Below are positions 19,021 through 28,460 of a stretch of DNA of 64,000 bases, one piece after another. Source of the DNA: an uncultured Verrucomicrobiae bacterium (lineage in GTDB: Bacteria > Verrucomicrobiota > Verrucomicrobiia > Chthoniobacterales > UBA10450). Under the pieces are notes generated by a model. It ran no database searches, was not told where the DNA came from, and saw only the letters and a list, made by a program, of their open reading frames with translations. The position numbers and the translations under genes were made by a program. Numbering within the stretch: position 1 is the first letter of the stretch; each line of letters begins with the position of its first letter. The stretch is from NCBI GenBank assembly GCA_963756875.1, contig CAVWPA010000003.1:960001-1024000 (forward strand). Direction: 5' to 3'.

Positions 19021-19509
19021 TCAAAATGGCGATGGGGCGTTCATGATGAAAATGATGATCATCGCAAGCGCGATCGTTAGTTTGCCGATCATTCCACCAA
19101 GGTTCCCCAGCAAACTTCCCCAACCGGCGCGCCCGGCATCGATCATTCTTTTCCCGGCTATGAATTCACCCGCGATGGCCCCAATCACCGGTCCGATAAA
19201 AAGCCCGGCGATGCCGAAGAACATTCCGACGAGAACTCCGAGGACGGCCCCGAACGTTCCCCATCTCGTGGCCCCGAAATATTTTGCCCCGAAATAGCTT
19301 CCCATAAAGTCGATCAGATAGCTGGCGAGCGTCAGCAGGACGAGAACAACGATGCTGATCCAGCCGATGCTTTTTTCCGGGCCGAGCATCATTCGATGGA
19401 TGACCGCGGCAGCGAGAATAATTGTCGTTCCGGGAAGCATCGGCAGGACCGTGCCGAGTAGCCCGATCGCAAAGAGCAGCATCGTAAATAGCCACCAGAA
19501 CAATTCCAT
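19021..19509 (-). CDS. DUF456 family membrane protein
   Basis: GLLGTVLPMLPG, GAKYFGATRWG, GPVIGAIAGE. Confidence 0.85.
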   Translation of the reverse strand: MELFWWLFTMLLFAIGLLGTVLPMLPGTTIILAAAVIHRMMLGPEKSIGWISIVVLVLLTLASYLIDFMGSYFGAKYFGATRWGTFGAVLGVLVGMFFGIAGLFIGPVIGAIAGEFIAGKRMIDAGRAGWGSLLGNLGGMIGKLTIALAMIIIFIMNAPSPF

Positions 19510-19610
19510 CGCAGTGCTTCAATTCTTCTAACAAGGCCTGATCTTCCTTTTGACCCCGCGGTTGCCGATCTTATACTGACTTCCCACAACATTAACTCAA
19601 ACCCGGAGGA

Positions 19611-20111
19611 TTGTTCATGTCATTAGCAGTTGGAACGAAAGCGCCAGATTTTACTCTGCCCACTAAAACCGCTGACGGGCCGAAACAGGTCATGCTTAGC
19701 GATAATTTCGGAAAGAAGAATACACTTCTACTTTTCTTTCCAATGGCTTTCACCGGCGTTTGTACCACCGAAATGTGCGACATCAGCAAAGGCTTAAACA
19801 CCTACAGCGATCTGAACGCAGCGGTCTATGGAATTAGTGGAGACAATCCTTTTGCGCAGGAAGCATGGGCGCAAAAGGAAAAGATCGGTGTGACGTTGCT
19901 GAGCGATTACGAGCACAAAGCTGCGAAGGCGTACGGCGTCGCCTACGATTCATTTCTGCCACAGGTTAATCTCGGCATGGGTGGCGTGGCCAAGCGCTCC
20001 GCGTTCATCGTCGATAAAAACGGCGTCATTCAATACGCGGAGAGCAGCGACGACCCGAAACAGCTGCCAAATTTCGAGAAAATAAAAGCCAAGCTCGCGG
20101 AACTGAAATGA
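19611..20111 (+). CDS. Peroxiredoxin (AhpC/TSA, AhpE-like)
   Basis: APDFTLP, FFPMAFTGVCTTEMC, RSAFIVDKNGVI. Confidence 0.92.
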   Translation: MFMSLAVGTKAPDFTLPTKTADGPKQVMLSDNFGKKNTLLLFFPMAFTGVCTTEMCDISKGLNTYSDLNAAVYGISGDNPFAQEAWAQKEKIGVTLLSDYEHKAAKAYGVAYDSFLPQVNLGMGGVAKRSAFIVDKNGVIQYAESSDDPKQLPNFEKIKAKLAELK

Positions 20112-20126
20112 AATCACGACCCGCGC

Positions 20127-20244
20127 TGTCATCCCGAGCTGCGAAGACAGAGAGGGACCTCTCGCCCGAAGCTCGGATCATCCAAAGTAGCTTGTGTCTT
20201 CTGATTGATCTGCGGGAGGTCCTTCGCTTGCGCTCAGGATGACA
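20127..20244. repeat. TGTCATCC...GGATGACA palindromic repeat
   Basis: Inverted ends TGTCATCCCGAGC / GCTCAGGATGACA with internal GGACCTC / GAGGTCC arms. Confidence 0.8.
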
Positions 20245-20253
20245 CAAGAAAAT

Positions 20254-23145
20254 ATGAACGACGAATTTAAGACGCTGAAGGAATTCGATGCCGGTAACGG
20301 TCGTGAGGGATTGTTTTATTCTCTGCCGTCACTGGAAGAGCAGGGAATCGGCAAAATTTCACGGTTGCCGGTCAGTATTCGTATTGTGCTCGAATCGGTG
20401 TTGCGCAATTGCGACGGAAAAAAAGTGCGACGCAAAGATGTCGAGACGCTGGCGAATTGGAACGCCAGGAAGCCGGCGAACGAAGAAATCCCATTCGTTG
20501 TCGCGAGGATTGTGCTCCAGGATTTCACTGGCGTGCCATTGGTGGTCGACCTTGCCGCGATGCGCAGCGCGGTGAAACGGGTCGGTGGCGACCCGAAGAT
20601 CATCGAGCCGCTCGTGCCGGTCGATTTGGTGGTCGATCACTCGGTCCAGGTCGATTTTTTTGGATCAGCCAAGGCGTTGCAACTCAACCTGGAAATGGAA
20701 TTCAAACGCAACCGCGAGCGTTACCAGTTTCTAAAGTGGGGACAACAGGCGTTCAAAACTTTCCAGCTGATTCCGCCGGGCATCGGCATCGTTCACCAGG
20801 TAAATCTCGAGTATCTCGCCAAGGGCGTTCTTTCGGCTCAATCAACCATCAACAATCAACCATCAACTGTCTTCTATCCCGACACGCTCGTCGGCACCGA
20901 TTCGCACACGACCATGATCAATGGGCTGGGCGTGGTCGGTTGGGGAGTCGGCGGGATCGAAGCGGAAGCGGGAATGCTCGGACAACCGGTTTATTTTTTA
21001 ACGCCGGAAGTGGTGGGAGTGCATTTGAGCGGCCAATTGCGCGAAGGCGTGACGGCGACCGATCTGGTATTGCACATCACGCAGATGCTGCGCGCGCAAA
21101 AGGTGGTCGGTAAATTTGTCGAGTTTTACGGCGAAGGCGCTGCGTCGTTGCCGGTGCCGGACCGCGCGACGATCGGCAACATGTCGCCCGAGTACGGCGC
21201 AACCATGGGATTTTTCCCGATCGACGCCGAATCTGTGACCTATTTGCGCGCCACGGGACGCAGCGACGAGCAGTGCGCGGCGTTCGAGAATTATTTTCGT
21301 GCCCAGAAAATGTTCGGCATGCCACGCAAAGGCGAGATCGATTACAGCGTCGACCTGGAATTGAATCTCGGCGATGTGCAGCCGGGGGTAGCTGGACCGA
21401 AGCGGCCGCAGGACCGGATTAATCTACCAGCTCTTGGCGAGACCTTTCGCTCGCTCCTCAAGAAACCGATCAAGGATGGCGGTTATGGAAAAAAAGATGT
21501 CGATCTTGCGGCGAAGCATCTGGTGCAGTTGAACGGCACGCCGCCGAACGATGAAAAGATGCCGTCAACCGACGGGCCCAATCAGGGCATCGAGACAGGC
21601 GAAGCGCGCAACAAGCTCGAGATGGTGGCAAACCGTCCCACGCCCGATTCCGCAAAAGAACTGGAGGAAGAAGACGGGGATCCGTTTCATCACGGGCAAA
21701 GCCGGATCGGTCACGGCAGCGTGCTCATCGCTGCAATCACCAGTTGCACGAACACCAGCAATCCGAGTGTGATGCTCGCGGCTGGGTTGCTCGCGAAGAA
21801 GGCGGTCGAACGCGGGTTGCACGTGGATCCGGCGGTAAAGACTTCACTTGCTCCGGGTTCACGAGTCGTCACCGATTATCTGGAAAAAACCGGGCTTCAA
21901 ACATATCTCGATCAGCTTGGCTTCAATCTCGTTGGATACGGGTGCACGACCTGCATCGGCAACTCCGGGCCGCTGCATCCGAAGATCGAGAAAGCGATCA
22001 ACGACTACGATCTGGTTGCCGCTTCGGTGCTTTCCGGGAATCGCAATTTCGAAGCGCGCGTGCACCAGAACATCAAGGCGAATTTTCTCATGTCGCCGCC
22101 GCTGGTGGTGGCATTTGCGCTGGCAGGCCGCGTCGATATCGATCTTTCGCGGGAGCCAATCGGCAAGGACAAAAACGGTAAAGAGACTTTTCTGCGGGAT
22201 CTCTGGCCGCCGTTAGGCGAAATTCGGGACGCGATGCGGTCGGCGTTGAAACCGGAAATATTCCGCAAACTTTACCGCGATTTTGCCGGACAAAATCCGA
22301 AGTGGAACGAGATCCCGTCGAGCACGGGTGAAGTGTATCAATGGGATGAGAAGAGCGATTACATCCAGGAGCCGCCTTTTTTCGAGAATTTCTCGATGGA
22401 GGCTGGGAAAATCGAGAACATCGCCGGCGCGCGTGCCCTTGGGATTTTTGGCGACTCGGTCACGACCGATCACATTTCGCCGGCCGGCGCGATCAAGGAG
22501 ACATCGCCGGCCGGGAAATATCTGGTATCGCGCGGAGTCCAACCGCGGGACTTCAACAGCTATGGCAGCCGGCGCGGGAACGACCAGGTAATGACGCGGG
22601 GCACGTTCGCCAATGTGCGGATCAAAAATCTGATGGTGCCGGGGACGGAGGGGGGGGTGACGAAATATTTCGCGAACGGGAATGCGGGAGAGCAGATGTC
22701 GATCTTCGACGCCGCAATGAAGTATGCGGAACGGAACACGCAGCTCGTGATTTTGGCGGGAACCGAATATGGGACCGGTTCGTCGCGGGATTGGGCGGCC
22801 AAGGGAACGCGCTTGTTAGGCGTAAAAGCAGTCGTTGCCGCCAGCTTCGAGCGGATCCATCGTTCGAACCTCGTCGGGATGGGTGTTCTGCCGTTGCAAT
22901 TTCCCGATGGGACGAGTGCCCAAACGCTCGGACTCGATGGTTCGGAGACTTTTTCGATTACCGGCTTGTCGGATTCGATTCAACCGGGCCAGCAACTGAC
23001 CCTGGAGATTCGAGGCAAAGACGGGAAATCGCGCTCGGTGCCGGTGAAGTTGCGGATCGATACACCCATTGAGATCGATTATTATCGGCATGGCGGGATT
23101 CTGCCGTTCGTGCTGCGTCAGTTGCTGGGATCTCACAAGATGTAG
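20254..23145 (+). CDS. acnA: Aconitate hydratase A
   Basis: [55 protein letters not shown]. Confidence 0.97.
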   Translation: MNDEFKTLKEFDAGNGREGLFYSLPSLEEQGIGKISRLPVSIRIVLESVLRNCDGKKVRRKDVETLANWNARKPANEEIPFVVARIVLQDFTGVPLVVDLAAMRSAVKRVGGDPKIIEPLVPVDLVVDHSVQVDFFGSAKALQLNLEMEFKRNRERYQFLKWGQQAFKTFQLIPPGIGIVHQVNLEYLAKGVLSAQSTINNQPSTVFYPDTLVGTDSHTTMINGLGVVGWGVGGIEAEAGMLGQPVYFLTPEVVGVHLSGQLREGVTATDLVLHITQMLRAQKVVGKFVEFYGEGAASLPVPDRATIGNMSPEYGATMGFFPIDAESVTYLRATGRSDEQCAAFENYFRAQKMFGMPRKGEIDYSVDLELNLGDVQPGVAGPKRPQDRINLPALGETFRSLLKKPIKDGGYGKKDVDLAAKHLVQLNGTPPNDEKMPSTDGPNQGIETGEARNKLEMVANRPTPDSAKELEEEDGDPFHHGQSRIGHGSVLIAAITSCTNTSNPSVMLAAGLLAKKAVERGLHVDPAVKTSLAPGSRVVTDYLEKTGLQTYLDQLGFNLVGYGCTTCIGNSGPLHPKIEKAINDYDLVAASVLSGNRNFEARVHQNIKANFLMSPPLVVAFALAGRVDIDLSREPIGKDKNGKETFLRDLWPPLGEIRDAMRSALKPEIFRKLYRDFAGQNPKWNEIPSSTGEVYQWDEKSDYIQEPPFFENFSMEAGKIENIAGARALGIFGDSVTTDHISPAGAIKETSPAGKYLVSRGVQPRDFNSYGSRRGNDQVMTRGTFANVRIKNLMVPGTEGGVTKYFANGNAGEQMSIFDAAMKYAERNTQLVILAGTEYGTGSSRDWAAKGTRLLGVKAVVAASFERIHRSNLVGMGVLPLQFPDGTSAQTLGLDGSETFSITGLSDSIQPGQQLTLEIRGKDGKSRSVPVKLRIDTPIEIDYYRHGGILPFVLRQLLGSHKM
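20841..20868. repeat. Heptamer tandem repeat (ATCAACN)x4 inside acnA
   Basis: ATCAACC ATCAACA ATCAACC ATCAACT, translated as STINNQPST. Confidence 0.8.
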
Positions 23146-23442
23146 CCGCGGCGCTCTGTCGCCGTGTCTTTTTCGGAGCGCCTTCGATGGAGCAACACGG
23201 CTGCACCGCGCGGCGGCCCCCGCGCGGTAATGAAATTGCAGGGCGTTTGATTCGCTTTTTCCAAAAAAGCTCGCCCTCTCGGGCCTTCCCGTCTATGTCG
23301 CTCGCGGCCCCGCGGCTCCATTCTGCGAGACGCCTCTTTTTGGGGCTGGCGGCTGACACAGCCGCTCTACAAACCGATTAGTTTCGAGCGACGGTCATCC
23401 GCCTTCGCGCAGCTACGGCGCGACGAGTAGACCGCCGCTACA
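23141..23442. repeat. Cluster of REP-like elements between convergent acnA and DUF2071 genes
   Basis: TGTAGCCGCGGCGCTCTGTCGCCGTG, GCGGCTGACACAGCCGCTCTACA and CGACGGTCAT[insert]AGACCGCCGCTACA. Both flanking stop codons lie in the repeats. Confidence 0.8.
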
Positions 23443-24148
23443 GGAGGATGGATCTGCGCTCGACAGTGATCGACGAGCCATCCGCGATGAAGGCCGAGCG
23501 GGGGGGCGCGCTGAGCGTTTCGACGAATTGATCGCCGTAAAGACCGGCGATGTCCGCGCGAAGTTCGAAGGTTCCCGCTTCCCAGATTTTCCAGCGCGGA
23601 TGTTCCACCCGGTATTCACTGCAACCGCCGCGAACCGAGGTGTAGCCCCAATAGTGTTCCGTGATGAATTCGGCGTGAGAACCGGCCGGAATATTTTGCG
23701 CTTCGCCGGTCGCGCTCATTTTGAGCGACTCCCATTTCGAACCGCGGCGCCACGAGTACCCGACTTCCAGTTTGAGATCGACGTGTTCGATTTCGTGTTT
23801 CATCGGAACGGCGAGATACGGTTCGCCGTAGAACGTGCGTGCGATCAGCGCAATAGCGCGTTTTGGAACCAATTCGCGGACGAAGACAACGCCGCGCCTC
23901 CAGGTGTCGGCCGATTTTTTGCGCACATAAAAGCGCAGGTTCACCTCTTCAAAGTCGCGATGCAGTGGAACGGGAAGACCGAGAAGTCGCGTGTCGAGGA
24001 AAAGAAAACCGACGACGCTCAGAAATGTTTCCCCGTTTTCATAATCGATTTCGGTGCCTGGCGGAACCAGGTGTGCGACGATTGCGGGGTCGACAGCGAA
24101 ATTGAGGATGGCGAGATAACGCCAGTTGGCGGTGAGAAATGCGTTCAC
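23438..24148 (-). CDS. DUF2071 / YqjF family protein
   Basis: FLTANWRYL, FEEVNLRFYV, FITEHYWGY, YRVEHPRW. Confidence 0.88.
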   Translation of the reverse strand: MNAFLTANWRYLAILNFAVDPAIVAHLVPPGTEIDYENGETFLSVVGFLFLDTRLLGLPVPLHRDFEEVNLRFYVRKKSADTWRRGVVFVRELVPKRAIALIARTFYGEPYLAVPMKHEIEHVDLKLEVGYSWRRGSKWESLKMSATGEAQNIPAGSHAEFITEHYWGYTSVRGGCSEYRVEHPRWKIWEAGTFELRADIAGLYGDQFVETLSAPPRSAFIADGSSITVERRSILL

Positions 24149-24249
24149 GGAATGCGCGAATTATCGGAGCAATGAAACTCTTCTCAACTTTCGGTCGCCG
24201 TGGCGAGGAGATCTACTCGCAATTGGCGAAACCGCGCGCCAGACAAAAT

Positions 24250-24351
24250 TGTAGGGCATCTCTGTGAGACGCCCGTCTTAGATTGGCGTCCGCCGCGGCG
24301 GACGCCCTGCGCAGCGATTCATTTAAGCGACGGTCATAGACCGCCGCTACA
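24250..24351. repeat. REP-like cluster
   Basis: TGTAGGGCATCTCTGTGAGACGCCC...GGCGTCCGCCGCGGCGGACGCCC...CGACGGTCATAGACCGCCGCTACA. Confidence 0.8.
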
Positions 24352-24372
24352 GAAGAACTCCTCTGCCGGAAA

Positions 24373-26553
24373 TCAGTGCAGCAATCTTTCCAGAGACGGA
24401 TCGGGCGCCGAGCCGAGTTCCTCGGCTCTGGCGTAATGGCGTTTGGCCAGTTCCTTCGCCGGAGGCTGCGCGGTAGCGTAGATGACAGCCAGATTAAAAT
24501 GCGCGTCGGCGTAGTTGGGATTGTCGGCCACTGCCTGGAGCATTTCCTTTTCGGCGGCTTCCTGCCAGCCCTTCTGGCTGGCCGTGATGCCGAGATAATT
24601 GTGCGCCGTGGCGCTCTTTGGATTAATGGCGAGCGCTTTGGTCAATTCGGTCAGGGCGCTGTCGTATTTGGCTTCGCGATAAAAAACAATTCCAAGGGTC
24701 GTGCGCGCGAATTCGTCCTTCGGCGCAATTGCCACCGCCTTCTTTAGAGTCAGTTCGGCAGCCTTGAGTTTTCCGGTGCGAAAGTAAACAACCCCAAGGT
24801 TGGAAAGCGAATACAGATTATTGGGACTCTTGGTCAGAATTTCCTGATAAGTTCTTTCGGCAGATCGATACTTCCCGTGATCGAAGTTTTCTTTTGCCCG
24901 TCTGGCGAGATCCACGACGTCGTCGGGGACATTCGGCCTGAACCCGTTGTCGGGGCCGATTTGTCCGGAAGACGCGGAATTTTCAGCGATCCCCGATTTC
25001 GCTATGTCGCCTGGCGCCCCCGTTTTTTTTGCGAATGTGAAGCTGGCCTGGACCGCTCCCGGGTTGTCATCAGAGATGGCGACAACTGGTTCCCGCAACA
25101 GAGCGAGCTCATCGGGGGTCAATCTGGTGATCGGCTGTGCAAGCAATTCGATCTGCTTGGTCAGGGTCTCCGACTTGATATCCAGCTTGTCGAATTCAGC
25201 CAGCATGAGCTTCTTCGCCTGCTCGCGTCGCGCTTCCTCCTGGCGTTCGCGCACAATGATGGCGCGCAGCATTTCGTTTTCCTTGGTCAGCTTGGCGGTT
25301 TCTTCGGGAGTCGCGCCGGTCAGCTTGACCTTTTCAAGCTGCTTCGCTGCTTCGTCGAGTTGTGAATGGAGGCTGGCAACGGTCACCTCGTAATCCTTGT
25401 TTTGCTTCTGGCTGGCAGCGAGTTGCTGTCGAAGTTGATCGATCTGCTTCTTCACGTCCGCGAGCTCTTTTTCTCTTTTCGGTTTGTCCTCGCTGATCTC
25501 CTGGACGGTCTTTTCGGCGTCGGCCAATTTCTGTTTCAAATTCGAGTTCTCGGCCACCAATTCTTCCACGCGCTGTTCGCTCCCCTTCATGGTCTTCAAC
25601 TGAGCGAGTGCCTGATCGCGCTCTTTCGTAGCGCCCGCGACCTTCTTATCGGCTTCGGACGCTCTCGCGTTGGCTTGATCTCGCTCTTTCTCGGCGGCGA
25701 CACGGCCCTGCTCAGCCTCCGTGCGTCCCTTTTCAACGGAAGCCAGGGCGTTCTTGAGGTTGGTGATCTCGGCGCGCAAAGCCTGCTGCGCTTTGGCGTC
25801 GCCGCCAGTGGTCGATTGAATCTTCTTTAGCGTTCCCTGCGCGGTGACTAACTGGTCGCGGACTTTCTCCTCGGCCTGCTTTGATTGCTGCAGCCCGGTT
25901 CGGGCCTTTTCCAGCTTCGAAGTGGTGTCCTTCAAGCGACTGTTCAAGGTGTCCTTCTCCTTTTCAGCGTTACCGAACTGGTTGCGAGCCTTCTGCAATT
26001 CGGCCTCCAGTTGGTCGACCTTGCTCTGCAATTGTTTGGTGGCCGCCTGAATGGCAGCTTGATTTGGCGTTTGAGCCGGCGCCGGCGCGGGCGGGACCTG
26101 CACCTGCGGCGGTGGTTGCTCAGCGGGAATGTCGGTTTTGTGCTGGGCAGCGACCTCGACAGCCGGTTGTCCGGCTGGGCTCGGATTCTCGAGGACCGTG
26201 GGCGGATTTTCCGGAACTGGCGCCTGTGCCGGTGCCGTGGTCAGCTCCTTTTGGGTCGAGGCCTTGTCCTGCACCCGCAAAATACTTTCGCCGATTTTTC
26301 GGCCGCGATAATCCACGATCGCGGGTTGCCAATCGGGATTCGATTTGTGCAGCTGCTCGATCAAGCTGCCGGCGAAGCGATATTTTGCGAGCGCCTCTTT
26401 AAGTTCGCCTTCGCGCTCCAACTTTTCGCCCTGCTGGGCCGTCATGTAAGCCTTGAGAAAAACGTCGCTCGGATCCTCGGATTGGGCCGTGAGTTGAGAA
26501 AGAGGAATAAACAGGAAGAAAACGGCGAGCGAAATCAGACCGATCTTCTTCAT
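24373..26553 (-). CDS. Exported long coiled-coil protein with C-terminal TPR repeats
   Basis: Signal peptide, heptad-rich central region, SNLGVVY/TTLGIVF/HNYLGI/HFNLAVIY TPR motifs. Confidence 0.8.
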   Translation of the reverse strand: MKKIGLISLAVFFLFIPLSQLTAQSEDPSDVFLKAYMTAQQGEKLEREGELKEALAKYRFAGSLIEQLHKSNPDWQPAIVDYRGRKIGESILRVQDKASTQKELTTAPAQAPVPENPPTVLENPSPAGQPAVEVAAQHKTDIPAEQPPPQVQVPPAPAPAQTPNQAAIQAATKQLQSKVDQLEAELQKARNQFGNAEKEKDTLNSRLKDTTSKLEKARTGLQQSKQAEEKVRDQLVTAQGTLKKIQSTTGGDAKAQQALRAEITNLKNALASVEKGRTEAEQGRVAAEKERDQANARASEADKKVAGATKERDQALAQLKTMKGSEQRVEELVAENSNLKQKLADAEKTVQEISEDKPKREKELADVKKQIDQLRQQLAASQKQNKDYEVTVASLHSQLDEAAKQLEKVKLTGATPEETAKLTKENEMLRAIIVRERQEEARREQAKKLMLAEFDKLDIKSETLTKQIELLAQPITRLTPDELALLREPVVAISDDNPGAVQASFTFAKKTGAPGDIAKSGIAENSASSGQIGPDNGFRPNVPDDVVDLARRAKENFDHGKYRSAERTYQEILTKSPNNLYSLSNLGVVYFRTGKLKAAELTLKKAVAIAPKDEFARTTLGIVFYREAKYDSALTELTKALAINPKSATAHNYLGITASQKGWQEAAEKEMLQAVADNPNYADAHFNLAVIYATAQPPAKELAKRHYARAEELGSAPDPSLERLLH

Positions 26554-26698
26554 CACAGCGGTGACGGGGAGAATAGCAAAGCCAGGCTGAGTTGCAACGG
26601 TGGGGTGCTGCACGGTTAGTGATAGAGCGCTCTGCGTGCCATTTAGCGCTGTGACGTTGCAATCGGCAATCTAAAATCTAGAATCTAGCCGTTCGGAT

Positions 26699-26774
26699 GG
26701 TGGCTGTAGCTCAATGGTAGAGCCCCAGATTGTGGTTCTGGTTGTTGCGGGTTCGAGTCCCGTCAGCCACCCCA
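26699..26774 (+). tRNA. tRNA-His (GTG)
   Basis: G-1, acceptor GTGGCTG/CAGCCAC, anticodon arm CCAGA-TTGTGGT-TCTGG, GGTTCGAGTCC, encoded CCA. Confidence 0.97.
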
Positions 26775-26782
26775 GCTAACGC

Positions 26783-26982
26783 AAGCTCCAGTTTCCAATA
26801 CCCAAGCTCCAAAGAGATTACGGGCAAATTTGGGTATTGGGTTTTTGGATTTCCGCCGAAGGGTTGTGCAGTTCGGAAAATTCAAGGCTCGCGGACTGAG
26901 ATTTGGACCTTTCGTTTTCGCAAGCCCCGCCGTATTTGAGTCTCCTTTGGAGTTTGGTGCTTGGAACTTGGAACTTGGAACT
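26783..26982. repeat. Inverted arrays of degenerate heptamers (CAAGCTC-type / TTGGAAC-type)
   Basis: CAAGCTCCAGTTTCCAATACCCAAGCTCCAAAG ... TTTGGAGTTTGGTGCTTGGAACTTGGAACTTGGAACTT. Confidence 0.7.
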
Positions 26983-27347
26983 TCCGCCGCCGGAGGCGGA
27001 GGTGGCATGGCCGGTGCTTTAGGACGAGCTGTGAGCGATATCGTTGACTTTTTTGGTCAATCCGAATTTCGAGTCGTCGGTCCGACCCTTTGGGAGCGGA
27101 TCTTGTCCGCCGAAGAATTGCGCGATCGCGACAATCTTGAAAAACTGCTCGCGGGCTGCGAGATCATCGCCGTGCTGGACGGCAGGGATCTTCTCGCGGC
27201 CTGACGAGCAGCGCTGTTTTCGCCCTGCAATTTTTTGGAGGCGGCTTTCCAGGATCTCGATTCGGCTCTGACTTACATTTTACGGACGGACCACGCGTTT
27301 CGTTCTTTTATTCGCAAATCGGCGATCACAAATCTAAAATGGGTTGA

Positions 27348-27421
27348 GTGTCTGTAGCTCAACCGGATAGAGCATCTGACTTCGGATCAGAAGGTTGTGG
27401 GTTCGAGTCCCTCCAGGCACG
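27348..27421 (+). tRNA. tRNA-Arg (TCG)
   Basis: Acceptor GTGTCTG/CAGGCAC, anticodon arm TCTGA-CTTCGGA-TCAGA, T-loop TTCGAGT. CCA is not encoded. Confidence 0.92.
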
Positions 27422-27539
27422 GTGATATGCACTGCTGCGCAGTTGATTTCCTCTGGGCGTCCCGATTACAATTAGCGGTTCCGCACGAATAAGCTGCCTG
27501 CCGGGCAAAATATCTGTTAAGCGGCTTTCCGGAATTGAA

Positions 27540-28460
27540 ATGAAGACGATCACCCAATCACGGATCCATGGCTTGTCGATGCATCCGTCCGTGATCGATC
27601 AGGTCATGGTCGAAGAACGGGCAGGCGCGTTTGCCAAGCGCAGCATTAAAACTTCCGCCAAGCTTGCCGGACTTAAACTCGCCATTTCAATGGTGGATTT
27701 GACCACGCTTGAGGGCAAGGACACGCCGGGCAAGATCGCGTTTCTCTGCCGCAAGGCGATGCAACCGCTCGATCCGCGATACGAGGTGCCGCACTGCGCG
27801 GCCGTGTGCGTCTATTCAAAGCTGGTGCGCGTGGCGAAGAAATTTCTCGGGCATTCCGGTGTGAAAGTCGCCTCGGTCGCGACCGCTTTTCCGACCGGGC
27901 TGATGCCGTTGCGATTGAAGATTGCCGAAGTGCGCAGCGCGGCGCGCGATGGCGCGGACGAAATCGACATGGTGATCGATCGCGGCCTGTTCCTGGCCGG
28001 AGATCACGGTCGGGTGTTCGACGAAATTGCGGCGGTAAAGGAAGCTTGCGGCGACGCGCACCTGAAGGTGATTCTGGAAACCGGCGAGCTGCAAACCTAC
28101 GACAACGTGCGATTGGCCAGTGAGATCGCCATGCGCGCCGGTGCGGATTTCATCAAGACATCGACCGGAAAAATCTCGCCGGCCGCAACGATGCCCGTCA
28201 CGCTGGTGATGTTGGAAGCGATTCGCGACTACTTTTATGAGACTGGCATGCGCATTGGCATGAAGCCGGCAGGAGGCATTCGCACAGCAAAACAGGCGCT
28301 CGCTTATCTGGTGATGGTGAAGGAAACCCTCGGCGACGATTGGCTCACGCCCGATCTGTTCCGGTTCGGCGCCAGCACGCTGGTCAACGATGTGTTGATG
28401 CAAATCGTGAAAACGGTGGACGGAAACTACCAGGGAGCGGACTATTTTTCATTGCCATGA
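27540..28460 (+). CDS. deoC: Deoxyribose-phosphate aldolase
   Basis: DLTTL, AAVCVY, GADEIDMVI, LKVILETGEL, GADFIKTSTGK, KPAGGIRT, RFGAS. Confidence 0.96.
   Translation: MKTITQSRIHGLSMHPSVIDQVMVEERAGAFAKRSIKTSAKLAGLKLAISMVDLTTLEGKDTPGKIAFLCRKAMQPLDPRYEVPHCAAVCVYSKLVRVAKKFLGHSGVKVASVATAFPTGLMPLRLKIAEVRSAARDGADEIDMVIDRGLFLAGDHGRVFDEIAAVKEACGDAHLKVILETGELQTYDNVRLASEIAMRAGADFIKTSTGKISPAATMPVTLVMLEAIRDYFYETGMRIGMKPAGGIRTAKQALAYLVMVKETLGDDWLTPDLFRFGASTLVNDVLMQIVKTVDGNYQGADYFSLP

Noticed and set aside
21530..21705. Long insertion in AcnA as a mobile-element insert
   Set aside because: It has no palindromic or repeat structure and falls in a region that varies in length among AcnA proteins.
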